64,000 bases of DNA from Octopus vulgaris. Its lineage: Eukaryota. The stretch spans positions 108,996,001 through 109,060,000 of the forward strand of contig OX597820.1 of the NCBI GenBank assembly GCA_951406725.2, given 5' to 3'. Below, piece after piece: positions 11,985 through 24,820 of the stretch (its first letter is position 1; each line of letters starts with the position of its first letter). A model generated the notes under the pieces. The model saw only the letters and a list, made by a program, of their open reading frames with translations. It did not search any database and was not told the DNA's origin. A program made the position numbers and the translations under genes.

Positions 11985-13809
11985 TTAACCTTTCTGATAC
12001 CAATCTGGCTATAGCCAGCCGTAAAACTTTTTGGTTCAAACGACTAACCCAGCCATAGTCGGCCAAGAGTACCCATTGTTATTTAAATGTGAATTTGAAC
12101 ACAAATCTCAGTACATTCGTGAAAACACGTGATTTCACTTTGAAAATAGCTGAGTTATAGTATCCAACATTGTTTGACTTGATATGACATGACTTCTGAG
12201 CTCAGTGAATTTCCAAAATTTCCCTGCATCGATATTTTTCAACTTTGAAAATGATAGGAGTTTTATGCTATCAAGCAGTGATTCTGAATTTGAGGGTTTT
12301 TCAACAGTAAATATGGAGATATCAAGACAAAGAATGAAGTACAAAAGCATGTGGTGTACAAGAATGAATCGGATGTTTTTGTATCTGAAACTGAAGGCAG
12401 CAATTCTAAAGAAACTGGAAGTGGCGATGGTGACAGCGAGGACGATTTTACACCTGAATGGAGTAAAAAGTTTTAAAATATTTTTATTAAAAATTTTTCT
12501 AAGGAGACAAGGTCTACCTCTACCCATAGTCTTTCTCAAGAAGCAAAACCGTAAGACTACTTTTCCTTATTTTTTCCAGTATGCTTGTTTGAAGCCACCA
12601 CTGCAGAAGCAAACCATTACACAAAATAATATAAACAAACTGGGAAAAAAGATAGCGTGTCATTTTGCACAAGCATAGAAGAAATACGGGCATTTTTTGC
12701 TGTACATATGATTATGGGTATAAGACAATTACACAGGATTACAAATTACTGAAGCAATCAGGAATCTTTTGGAAATCAGTACGTTTCCAGTATTGTATCA
12801 CAAATACGATTTGTGAAACTGAACTAGTATTTAGGAGTTATCCGGTTGGTAGACCGGGTAATAAATGGTGGCAATACCTGGTTTGGTATATAGTAACCAT
12901 GCGCATTGTAAATGCATTTATATTATATACCAAACCAGAAGTGGCCCGCAAGTGGTGCGACCATCTGCAGTTCTGAGCAGATGTAGCAACATAGTAGCGA
13001 GCAGGTTATTCTTCCAAAAACATAACTGCAAGTAGGAAAACCTGCCAGAGAGATATCCCTCTGAGTTCAGCTGATTTCTATAAAGTAAAACAATCAGGGG
13101 TCGCAAAAGAACTTTCCAATGTGCAATCTGCAAGGATGCAGTACGTAGAGTGGGACATTTTACAAGTTTCCGTGATAGAAATATTGTGTGTGTGTGTGTA
13201 TATATATATATGATTTAATTGTATAAATATTTTTCAAATTTACTTTGTTTTTACATTTTCTTTACCTGTAATTTTAATTTGCCGGTAAGGTGAGTGACAG
13301 GTTTTGACTTTATTATATGTTATTGTGTATTCATGAATGTGTGTGAGTATATTTCATTTAGTTGATGTATTTAATTTTCTAGCTTTTTTCTTCAAAAGCA
13401 AATTCCAGTATTCCATTTTATTTTACCTTCACCTGTTCTTCTGTGCATTAAATTCAACTGATAATCTAGTGATGTGCACAATTCGACTATATTAAAATTT
13501 TGTTGCATGCCCAATTGAGTATTAGCTGATGATTCATCTTCTATGGTGATGTTTAAACAAAATTTAAATATTTTTATCTTTTGCTCAGTTTACCTGTAAT
13601 TAAAGTTGCTTTGAGACAGAAGTTATTCAATAGAATTGATTAAGGATCTTTTCTTCAATTGTGTTCCAAATATCACTTTAATATGTTGATATAAGTAAAA
13701 CAGTTACAGCTGTTTAATGAAACTAGTCTAAATTCATGGTTATTTTAGAATTTAATTGAAACGTATGAGGGGTTTATTTTGGTCAGAAATACAGTAATGA
13801 AAGGATTAA
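11985..13809 (+). mobile_element. piggyBac, internally deleted copy related to 7140-9190
   Basis: TTAACCTTT left end and agtaatgaaaggaTTAA right end; shares SFMLSSSDSEFEGFS and YPVGRPGNKWW with copy 1; central DDD region deleted. Confidence 0.85.
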
Positions 13810-14199
13810 AGTACAAGTTGACCAATCAGTTTGAACATTACAACAGAAACATACTGTTGACCAGACATATAACCATTGGGGGTTCATGAACTGCCAAAAA
13901 CAGATTTCATCTTCAACATTTGAATAGCTAGCATAAGAAAATAACTATTCCAGCTGTGTTAGAATAAAAAACAAAGTTGCCAAAAAATAGTAATATTCAA
14001 TAGAAATATTTCTAAGTCTCTCTAAAGGAGACTACAGCAGCAGTACTGGATATTAATAGTTATAACAAAGCTAATATGGCAGTCCAGAAATGTAGGACGA
14101 ATGCTGCCATTGATTAGCTCCAAGAGGCCATCACCTCTAGCTAGCTATGTGACACATGAACCTGTGTCCATTATAACCTTCAAACAGGGGAGGTCAGCC

Positions 14200-14385
14200 A
14201 TCTGCAAACTAGTTTCAAACTGGCTCCCGTGCCAGTGGCACGTAAAAAGCACCCACCACACTTGGTGTGGCGTTAGGAAGGGCATCAAGCTGTAGAAACA
14301 TTGCCAGATCAGATTGGAGCCTGGTGCAGCCTCCTGGCTTGCCAGTCTCCAGTCAAACCACCCAACACATGCCAGCATGGAAAAC
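14200..14385 (+). mobile_element. RTE-LINE 3' end / SINE
   Basis: gtgccagtggcacgtaaaaagcaccc...ggcgttaggaagggcatc...gccagcatggaaaa. Confidence 0.7.
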
Positions 14386-14479
14386 TATGCTATGAATTTC
14401 TTAGGTAACTATTTATTTTTTTGTTTTCCGTGTTATTTGTAAACATTGAAAAAATACACATACATTTATATACACTTCA

Positions 14480-16640
14480 ATCAGGTTTCCATATAACCTG
14501 CTAATAAAATACTTACCACATATGGAGTTATTTGATATAAACGCATCACTTAAGGATATACCCATTCCCCTAAGGAAGGTTTTTCTTAAGCAACTCATTA
14601 GTAAGACAAACTCCTTTATTCCCCGTATTAGATGGCTTGTTTTTTTCTTAGACAATAAAGACATTAAACAGCTCTCTAACGATCCAGCTTCTGAATTCAG
14701 CAAATTGTTTAAATTTAAAAACAATCCTCCACCTCACCCAAGATTGAAACAGTTTGAAGACGATCTCTGGTCTATCGTAAGGAATGTGAAATTCCATCGT
14801 TCACCCTTAAGGAATAAACATCTGAGGTATATTCACAATATCACCAAAGAAATTCAAAACATTGATGGGATACTGGTTCAATCTGATAAAACAGGAAACT
14901 TATACAGACTTACCAAGGATTACTAACTAGAATTGCTTAGGAAAGAAATACAAAAGAATTATAGGATTACTGGTAAAAGTGCAATCAGGAAAGCCAACCT
15001 TGAGGCTAAGAAAATTATGGAGAAATATAACCTACGGATGAAGACAGAACCCATTGATCCTAAACAACCTTGTTTTATTTTAAAAGATCACCCTTACGAC
15101 TTATTTGTCCTTCTAGCTCGGTGTACTTAGCAAAAATGTTCTAGATAAATATATTCCTACCTTAGTTAAAAAATTAAAGCTTAATTTATGGTCTAATTCA
15201 TTCCAAGTGGTTGACTGGTTTAATTCTATTAATAACAAGAAGTGCACTAAGTTTATCCTGTTTGACATTTCTAGTTTCTATTCGTCTATCAACCCAACTG
15301 TACTCAACAAGACACTCTGGCTCACTCACAACAAAGCAGGTCTCACCAGGAATTAAATTAATGTCATGTTAGCCGCCAGAAAATCTATTATTAAATTCAA
15401 TAACAAGCTATGGGTCCAGAAAGATATACTCAACAGTTTTGATGTCACAATGGGAAGTTCTGATTTAGCACAAATCGCTTATTTGATCCGTATATATATC
15501 CTTTACAAAAGGTTAAGAATAGTTTGGTTAAATTTTTCCAAAACATGGGCTCAAGCATTGTTTTTCACAATGATATAACTAAAGCCATCTTTTTGGATAT
15601 TACCCTTAACTTGCACAATGATTCATATTTCCCATACCATAAACCCTCAACTAATTAAAGATATATTAGCTCTTTCAGTAATCACTCTAAGGCTATTCCA
15701 AAGAATTTAGTTAGGAATATTTCACTTTGATTTTCTAGATTATCTTATGTTGATATCTTCAACAATAAAGCAGAATTTTATAACTCTGCCTTACTTAAAG
15801 CAAGTTAAAGAAAAAATTACCTATTTTAACCCTATTGACATTAATTCTACTTCTATTAATCAGGACATGAAATCAAGTCATAACAACATTAATTTTATTT
15901 CAAATAACACCACCAAATCAAGTAATGTAATTCTGCAGCATAAGGGAGATAACCGTTATTTAAGACCCTTTTTACATTATAAAGGTACATCGAGGACTTT
16001 TAAAGATAATTACCCGTCCTAGCAAAACTGTTTGGTTAATAATTCCATGTGGTAGGCAGATCAAATCCAACCTCCCTTACCAGTTTTGTGAAGCTATAAG
16101 AAAGAATTTCCCAGGAAATTCAAGATACTATTTGATTATTAATTCACACTGAATCAAGATAGGTTTTTCTAACACAAAAAATCTTTCACAAAATATCTCT
16201 TTGCATAAGCTGTTAAATACAAATCCACTTAATGAAAATAATAACATTGATTTTATTAGCACTAACCATTCTTTAAATAATAATAGCAGCTGTGTTAGTG
16301 TGTTTGATGTTGACTTCAATCGCATTCATTTTCTTAGCAGCAATTCTAAGACTAGAAACTCTATCAATGTAAACTTACTTCCAGTTCTGGCGTCTTCTTT
16401 ATTTATATAGGTAGTTCTTCATCTCAGTTGTCCAAAAGAATATCTAATCATTACTCTACATTAAGACATATCAATAAAAGTAACAATACTGGGCTTAGTA
16501 AATTAATTTGGTATATAAAGGATCGTAATAAGCAATTTGACTTGGAATGGAATACTCTCTGTATGATAAAGGTAAATCTTTTTGTCAGCTTTGTAACAGT
16601 GAAATGTATTTCATCCTGCTCTCAAAAAATCCTCTTGTAA
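14480..16640 (+). mobile_element. Penelope-like retroelement (RT + GIY-YIG), decayed
   Basis: SLKDIPIP..LISKTNSFIPRIRW, SDKTGNLY, FDISSFYSSI, FDVTMGS, FLDITLNL..YHKP, YIGSSSSQLSKRISNHYS..TGLSKLIW; many stops. Confidence 0.85.
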
Positions 16641-16815
16641 ACATGTTGGTAAGCAAGCTACTTACCACACAGCCACTCCTGCATCTGGAATTAAATACCT
16701 TTAGTTCCTATAAGTGATTTCTACCATTCTATAAAATTTGGCCTTTGACTGTCTTCTTACATTTCACTTCCACTAAATATATCTATTTCCATGCCTTTAA
16801 GCTTTATTCCTATTC

Positions 16816-19340
16816 ACCTATCGCTCTATATGCTCTTTGCGGCATGAGGAGAACTGTTGAAAACCGGGACCGCACGGACCATGCACAATGTGTGCCTTCA
16901 CAATGTCGTACAGCTGCCTGTCAACAGTGGGGTCTGGGATTTCTGCTTTGATGGTGTCATCTAGAACTATAGGGTTTATTTTGGTGACCAACCAAACGAA
17001 AATGTGCGTGTGTGGCAACCTTCTCTTCTGCCACTCAACAGTATACATGTGGCACTTAACAGGCCCAAAAACGTGCCCTTTTTTTTATCAAATTAATTAG
17101 CTTAGCCAGTTTCTGCCTGCAAACGCTGGCAATAATATCATGCTGATGGCAGTACTGGTGCCGTGAGAGAAGTTCATGCGTTACCTCAACCCACTTGGGG
17201 TTACACGTAAATGTGATGAAGAAATCAGGGCACCCATAATGCCGAACGAAAGTCATAGCATCTTGTGTTCACTAATACATGTACCGTGGCGCCCCTGTAT
17301 AGGTTGAGGGGAGAATGCACATTTTGCCGATGTTCCTTGGGTCAGTGTCATTCCTGATGCCATCACGCAAATGGATGTAGGAGTCTGAGCGCAGCTGCTT
17401 CTGATTCAATTTTATGAATCACATCTACATCGGTGCAGCCATGTCAACTGCAAACTGGTGAAACAGTTCCCATGACCTGTGCAAGGTGATAAAAATCATT
17501 AGGGCTTGTCATGACACGGTACGAGTAGAAAGCCATACATGAAACAGTTTTGGATGCCGCAGCAGTGGGCTCGTTTGGTTTGTGCTAAGGAATGCCAAAA
17601 TGGTACCCATCTTTTCCGTATGCAAAAAGAATGGGATACTGCAGGGCGTCGTATGAATGATGTGTCTCAGGAATGCGTTGAAGACCACCGTCATGGCTTT
17701 GAATAGCTATGTCTCGCTTATTGTGCTGTTCACCATGGAGAAGTACAGCCACTTCATTGCACGAAGAAGCGTCATAACGGTATGCATACCTCCCCCCCAC
17801 TCTGTTTGCAAGGCATATTTGAAACTGCGAATATAGATGTGCTCATGAAGCATGTTTTGCAAACTGAGCAGCACATCCCTGTCAAAAGTGTCAGCGTCAG
17901 TGTTTGCAGGTGGTGGAATAACTCCGAACCATACAACAAGTTGCCTACTGTAGTTCGAAATAAAGTAAATTTGGAGGAACAAAGGCTTGCAATTTTGTAG
18001 TGGCTGGAGCAACCCAGTAAAATGGTACACCTGTCCCTGGGTCTTGAAAGTAGGTATCCAACTACAGTCTGTGACAATGTTAGCCCCAAAAGAAGTCATC
18101 TGAAATGCACAATTGTAATTCATGATGATTTGAAGGAATTTGGATGACCTTGAGGTAAACCAGTAAGTAGTTCCTTGAAAGGCATTGCAGAATTGGCAAT
18201 TGAAGCGCATTTCCCCTATATTTATGTCAGTGCGGATGGAGTAAATAAAGTTGGGCTCATACTTGAAAGCCCGTAGGTGCCAGTTAGGGCTGTTGGGACT
18301 CATCACACAGCTTCTCACCATCAACTGTTCTGCTGCAACGTAGAACGGTGCTCGTGTTAGTCATGGGAAGGTCTCGCAGCAGTAGCAGAAGCCACACTTG
18401 TAATGGTAATGGACCAGCCATCTGCATCTTCAGAAGCCATGGAAACAGTCATAGCCGTAGCGTTACTAGCAAGGCGAGTCATCCATTGTTCCAAACGTTT
18501 GGAAGACCTGGAATCAGCGGTAGCCGCGTTTGTAGCCAGTCAAGTGGCCCTTTGAAGCTCTGGTAGCAGCATTTCTAGCCAGGTGAGTCACCCTGGAAGC
18601 AGCAGTATAAGAAGCCATTTTGTCTAGGCATAAGTGCGCTGTTGGAAACTTTCAGCAGTTCGACATTCCGCTGAACTTAAGGCGCTCTGTGAAAGTCTAA
18701 AAGCAGTTTGGTCGGAGGGTTCGTTTGCTCTAATTGTCTTTAGTGCCAGTGCTGATGCGGTATGGCGACTGAGACGACTTCTGTTTTTCGGCAGCATTTC
18801 ATGTCCCAAAGAAAGGGTAAAAGTTACTTGTACAGAGAAATTGTATTGGAAAGTATGCGTAAAATTGAAAGGGGAAAGGGTGATAAGAAACGGCAAATAA
18901 ATAAACTGACAGGTATTTGTTTGTATGTGTGTATTTGTATGTAAGAATGTATTAGTGTGTATTATCTCTATATATATGGTAGTAAGTAAATGTGTTTTAA
19001 AAACGATTTTCAAAGTCTGTAAGGAAGAAATGTTTGACTGTCGATCTATTTGAAAAAGATTGCCAGGTATTTCTATGTATGTGTGTGTTTGTATGTATGT
19101 ATGTGTATTAGTGTGTATTGTGTCTATATATATATATGGTAGTAAGTAAATGTGTTTTAAAAAACACTTTCAAAAAACTCAGTTTGTAGGGAATAAATGT
19201 TTGACTGTTAATGTGAAAGTTACTTGTACAGAGAAATTGTCTTGGAAAGTATGCATAAAATTGAAGGGGGAAAGGGGAATAAGAAACAGAAAATAAAGAA
19301 ACTGACAGGTGTATGTATGTATGTAGTGTGTATTCTATAT
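16816..19340 (-). mobile_element. Helitron RepHel (Rep part) with 5' repeats, decayed
   Basis: YNCAFQMTSFG, QGQVYH, FLQIYF, YDALQYPILF..G.DGYH, PDFFITFTCNPKW.E, VEWQKRRLPHTH (HUH), HGPCG. Confidence 0.92.
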
Positions 19341-19973
19341 ATCTATAAAACAGTCCTTGAACGAAAATTGTATGCACATTTTGCTTTGATGGTTAATGGC
19401 GGCCAAACAGATGCTAGGATCGAGCTGAAAATTGGCAAGGATACTAAATGCATGTTGAGGATAAGACCCACAATGATTAAAATTTGCAAGCTATAAAGAT
19501 GTGGTTGCTATAGCAAAAAGAGTGAAAATTCATCGTCTTTAAACGGACTTTGACAAGTGTTTGTTGTTTCTCTCTTACGGTTATCACCCTTTTTTCTTCC
19601 ATCTCTCTCTTTCCCCCTTCCCTCCTATTTATCTCTATAACAGCTTTCGACAGCTTCTACTTACTCTCTTTCCCTCTCTGCATTCACTGTCTCTCTGTCA
19701 CTCTTTCTTCCCCAGCCTCTCTCTCTCTCTTTCTGTACGTCTTTCTGTATCTATAGAGAGAAAACGCAGACAGCTGCAAGTGTGATTAATGAAGAGGAAT
19801 AAAATAGTAAATAATTATATTATGTCGGAAATATATTTCGCTCTCTTGAAGTTTAAATATTCCCGCTACAGGGCTTTTACAACAGTGAATTATTATCGCC
19901 CACCACCACCGCACAATAATGATAACAGATATTATTAATCAGATATTTATTATGTTAATTTATATATGTGTGC

Positions 19974-20018
<45 letters not shown>

Positions 20019-20071
20019 GGCTGTATATATATATATATATATATATAAATAATTTATATATATAATGGCTG

Positions 20072-20121
<50 letters not shown>

Positions 20122-20135
20122 ATGCATATATATTT

Positions 20136-20137
<2 letters not shown>

Positions 20138-20166
<29 letters not shown>

Positions 20167-20390
20167 GTTTAACGTCCGTTTTCCGCGCTAGCACGGGTCG
20201 GACGGTTTCGACCGGGGTCTGGAGAGCTCGGGACTGCCCCAGGCTCCAGTCTAGTCTGGCAGTGTTTCTACAGCTGGATGCCCTTCCTAACGCCAACCAC
20301 TCCGCGAGTGTAGTGGGTGTTTTTTACGTGCCACCTGCACAGGTGCCAGAGGGGTCTGGCATCGGCCACGTTCGGATGGTGCTTTTTTTT
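20138..20390 (-). mobile_element. RTE-type SINE / LINE 3' end with (ATG)n tail
   Basis: (cat)n-cgtttaacgtccgttttcc...gctggatgcccttcctaacgccaaccactcc. Confidence 0.8.
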
Positions 20391-20393
20391 TAT

Positions 20394-21025
20394 GGGGGGG
20401 TGCAGAAATATAGGGGAGCACCAGTGGGAGGGGTGGTTCAGAGGACAGGTAATAGGCAAGTAGAACGTAGGATATCGAGAGAGGGGTAATGCATGGTGAA
20501 ATAGCGTATTGAAGAGGGGGTTCAAAGAGTAGACACCTATAATGGTGGTGGGGGGTGCAGAAATATAGGGGAGCACCAGTGGGAGGGGTGGTTCAGAGGA
20601 CAGGTTCTAGGCAAGTAGAACGTAGGATATCGAGAGAGGGGTAATGCATGGTGAAATGGTGAAATAGCGTATTGAAGAGGGGGGTTCAAAGAGTAGACAC
20701 CTATAATGGTGGTGGTGGGGGTGCAGAAATATAGGGGAGCACCAGCGGGAGGGGTGGTTCAGAGGACAGGTTCTAGGCAAGTAGAACGTAGGATATCGAG
20801 AGAGGGGTAATGCATGGTGAAATAGCGTATTGAAGAGGGGGTTCAAAGAGTAGACACCTATAATGGTGGTGGGGGGTGCAGAAATATGGGGGAGCACCAG
20901 TGGGGAGGGGTGGTTCAGAGGACAGGTTCTAGGCAAGTAGAACGTAGGATATCGAGAGAGGGGTAATGCATGGTGAAATAGCGTATTGAAGAGAGGGGTT
21001 CAAAGAGTAGACACCTATAATGGTG
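20394..21025. repeat. G-rich tandem repeat, ~157-bp unit x4
   Basis: Units begin ggggtgcagaaatat at about 20394, 20551, 20716 and 20871; near identical. Confidence 0.93.
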
Positions 21026-21804
21026 GGAGAAACGACATCCGGTATAGTTGGAGCAAAATAGAGATATCCGGTATTGGTGGTGGGGGTGGGTAGGGCGGGC
21101 GCGCCGCGAAGAACCGGCAGCCAATTTCTAATCAGCCCTGTAAGGGAGATAGAATCTTAAATATCTATAACGATAACTAGTGAATTATACAGAATATGCA
21201 AAAACGAGGCGAGGCTGAAATAGTAAACAGAGTGGCGACTAGGGGGATCAGAATAATAATAATTAATAAATAATAATAATAAATAGAGATACGGATGAAT
21301 TAAAGTTCAAAGATTTCTTATCTTGGGATCACTTCGTTTACGGACAGACTTGGCAAAAGGAGTTCGGAATCAAGAGTGAGGCAGGTTACTAGCTTAAGTA
21401 TGCGTATGTATATATATAATGTGTGCATATGTGATCAGATTGAGCTGAAAATTTGCACACCTATGTTAAAAGTGCTGGCGAGTTTGCATAGTTTAGAAAC
21501 GCGTGGCCTCCAGAGCAACATTCTTCATCTTTTAAAATGTGGCCCGTGTAGACCCAAATCAAAACCAGGTTATAATACCGAAACAAGTAAAACAATAATA
21601 AACTATTTTAATCCCAAGCAAGGCCGGGTTTGTCTTCTAGTCTCTCTCTATATATATATGGTAGTTAGTAAATGTGTTTTAAAAAATATTCTCAAAAATG
21701 TCAGTTTGTAGGGAATAAATGTTTGTCGATCGTATTTGAAAAGATTGACAGGTATTTGTATATATGTGTGTATTTGTACGTATGTATTATCTCTCTATAT
21801 ATAT

Positions 21805-22310
21805 GGTAGTGGACACTAAACTCTACTTGCGAAGACCTGTTGAGGCAAGTGAAATCAAAATCGATGACTGACATCTGGGCTAGCAGGGTGCAAAGAGCAC
21901 CATACGAGTGTGATCGTTGATAGAGCGGATAACCGGCTTCCGTGCCAGTGGCACATAAAAGGGCACCATTCAAGTATGATCGTTACCAGCGTCACTTTAC
22001 TGGCACTTGTGCATGTGCAAGTAGGGTGCCAAGAGCACCATCCAAACGTGATTGTTGCCAGAGCAGCCAACTGGCTTCCGTACCCGTGGCATGTAAGAGG
22101 GCACAATTCGAGCATGATCGTTACCAATGTCGCTTCATTGGCATGTGTAAAAAGATTCAAGCGAGATCATTGCCAGTACCGCCTGACTGGCCCTGTGCCA
22201 GTGGCACGTAAAAAGCACCCACTACATTCTCGGAGTGGTTAGCGTTAGGATGGGCATCCAGCTGGTTCACCGGCCCTCAGTCAAAATCGTCCAACCCATG
22301 CTAGCATGGA
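21805..22310 (+). mobile_element. RTE-LINE 3' UTR-type element with internal ~100-bp repeats
   Basis: Repeated gcaccat..cgagtgtgatcgtt..ggcttccgtgccagtggca modules ending gtccaacccatgctagcatgga. Confidence 0.65.
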
Positions 22311-22400
22311 GAGCATATATATATGGATTTCGTAGACAGAAACTTAAAGAAATCAATCGTATATATATGTATGTATATATGTAAGTGTCTGACTTTGTTT

Positions 22401-22584
22401 GTGCTAAGGAATGCCAAAATGGTACCCATCTTTTCCGTATGCAAAAAGAATGGGATACTGCAGGGCGTCGTATGAATGATGTGTCTCAGGAATGCGTTGA
22501 AGACCACCGTCATGGCTTTGAATAGCTATGTCTCGCTTATTGTGCTGTTCACCATGGAGAAGTACAGCCACTTCATTGCAGAAG
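22401..22584 (-). other. Templated 180-bp copy of Helitron segment 17582-17761 inserted in a SINE remnant
   Basis: Identical by eye to 17582-17761; flanked by aagtgtctgactttgttt at 22383-22400 and 22585-22602. Confidence 0.9.
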
Positions 22585-22797
22585 AAGTGTCTGACTTTGT
22601 TTCTGTGTTTCGCCCTCATCACTGCTTCACAACTGCTGTTCATTTATTTACATCCTCATAACTTACTGGTTTCACAAGAAACTAATAGAATAAGTACCAG
22701 GCTTATCAACATAAAAAAAGCACTAGGCTGTGTCTCATATTTTTCTTTGCCCACTCAGTTGTACCTATCAATTTATCTTTGTGTGTGTGTGTGTGTA

Positions 22798-24486
22798 TCT
22801 CTATATTATAATTCTGAAATGTGAAAAGTTTGTTTATTTGTCTGATTTTGGCATTGAGAACGGGTTAAAGGCCACTAGATCCCATCGGATTGATTCCAAA
22901 ATTTACAGGGACAAGTAAAATGAGGTGCGGATGCGAGTGGGCTAGGTTAGAAATCCCCATCTTAAAAGGTGTCGTTGCTAGGGCCAAAAACGCACTTTGA
23001 CAAGTCTACTCTCATTCTTTTATGTATCTGTCTTCCTCCATCACTCACTCTCTTTCCTCCCTTCCCATCACCTTCTATCTATAACGTCGTTCCACAGCAT
23101 CTATTATCTTTCCCTCGCCGCCATCGCATTCTATTGTCTGCCTATCTTCCTCCATCTCTCTCTCCTCCCTTCCTTTCACTTTCTCTCTATAACGTCATTT
23201 GATAGCGTCTACTATCTTTCCTTCGCCAGTGCTGTCACTCTCTCTCTCTCTACGTCTGTCTGCATTCATAAAGAGAATTATCATTGCCACCACCACCACC
23301 ACCACACAATCATGAGAATCTTTCTCTTAAAACAAATCATCTTTAGGTTTCAAAATATTTCATTTTTCAGTCCTCTCTTTCATATATCACCTTTTCTTCC
23401 TCGATCTCTCTCTTTTCCCCCTTCTATCTATAACGACGTTTGGCACCTCCGCCGTCTCTCTTTCTTCTCCAATGCGTCTCTCAATGACAGCCGCAAAAGT
23501 TTAAATATTCCTACCACAGGTCTTTCAGAAAGGTAACAGATTTTATTTACTTTTGCGTGGATAAAACAAATTTATTTGTATGCTCAAGCCGACCATCATT
23601 AACAAACATTTTTCTGTAAATTTGAAAAATTTTCCAGTTTTGAAATATTTACATCTTAACTATTTTATTCGTTTTCTCATTCTAAACCAAATCGACTTTA
23701 GGTTTCCAAATATTTCATTTTTCAGATTTGCTTTTCAATATGCCTATGCGTAAGCGCTCCAACTTATCAAACCACCGAGCTGCTTGAGTTTTTATTTTGC
23801 ACGTCTTGATTATCTCTTCATTCTTGAAAATAAAGACACTAAAAAGAACATGGTTCATAAAGAAGATTGGGTTAAGATGTTTGCAAACATTTGATCCAAC
23901 TCATTCGTCTCTTTATTCCTCATTTTCCGATTCCTTCTACGTCTCCATTGAACGGTTTTGTCAAGTTATTGTTTCTTCGCCAACATAAGACATTCATAAA
24001 ATGAATGAGTTGTTAATTACATTTGATACACTGTTTCATTGTTTAGGTGGTGTCGAAAGGACTGGCATGTGTCACCATATAACCTCTGTCAGTCAAACTC
24101 CCAACTCATGCGTTCACGTCGTGATACTCTTTCTACAAAACTGAGCTGGATGTGAATTCTAATTTCATACACTATTGCAGATGTGAGTTTACAGTCTGTC
24201 TTTTTGGGTTTAAACTATCTTCCTGCAGGTTAAAAAACTTCTTTTTTTTAGAGTCCTCTACAATATTTGCCACCGAAATTCCATTTTTCAATTTTATGAT
24301 TATACCCAGAGTGCTCTAATCGAATATGAACTGTCTTCCCATTAGCGGACATTTGTGGTTTTTTTTTTTTTTTTTTTTTTTTAGAAATAAACGCATTGCC
24401 TCTTTCGTTTTAAAACAATGCTACATTAATACATTGGTCCAACAACCAAAACATCACCCGCGTGTAGAGCGGGCCATCTTAAGCTA

Positions 24487-24487
<1 letters not shown>
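22798..24487 (+). mobile_element. Non-autonomous Helitron
   Basis: A|TC 5' end; cccgc-gtgtaga-gcggg hairpin + CTAG|T; both termini match the minus-strand copy at 57575-59690. Confidence 0.8.
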
Positions 24488-24538
<51 letters not shown>

Positions 24539-24768
24539 CACACACACACACACACAAAAATATATATATATATAATACACACACACATATATATATATAA
24601 TACACACACATATATATACATAATACACACACATATATATACATACATATATATATATATATAATACACACACACATATATATATAATACACACACACAT
24701 ATATATATATATATAATACACACACACACATATATATATATATAATACACACACACATATATACATAC

Positions 24769-24799
<31 letters not shown>

Positions 24800-24820
24800 C
24801 ACACATGTATGTATATGTGC
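24488..24820. repeat. Compound (TA)n/(CA)n microsatellite
   Basis: Direct reading. Confidence 0.95.

Larger units (their letters stand above)
19342..21640 (+). mobile_element. Non-autonomous Helitron nested in the 5' region of the RepHel element
   Basis: A|TCTATAAAA 5' end; cccaagcaaggccggg hairpin + CTAG|T 3' end; host repeat (tatatatggtag..aaatgtgttttaaaa) resumes at 21641. Confidence 0.65.

Noticed and set aside
13705-13720. tacagctgttt resembling hammerhead stem III
   Set aside because: No CUGANGA box or GAAA at the right place.
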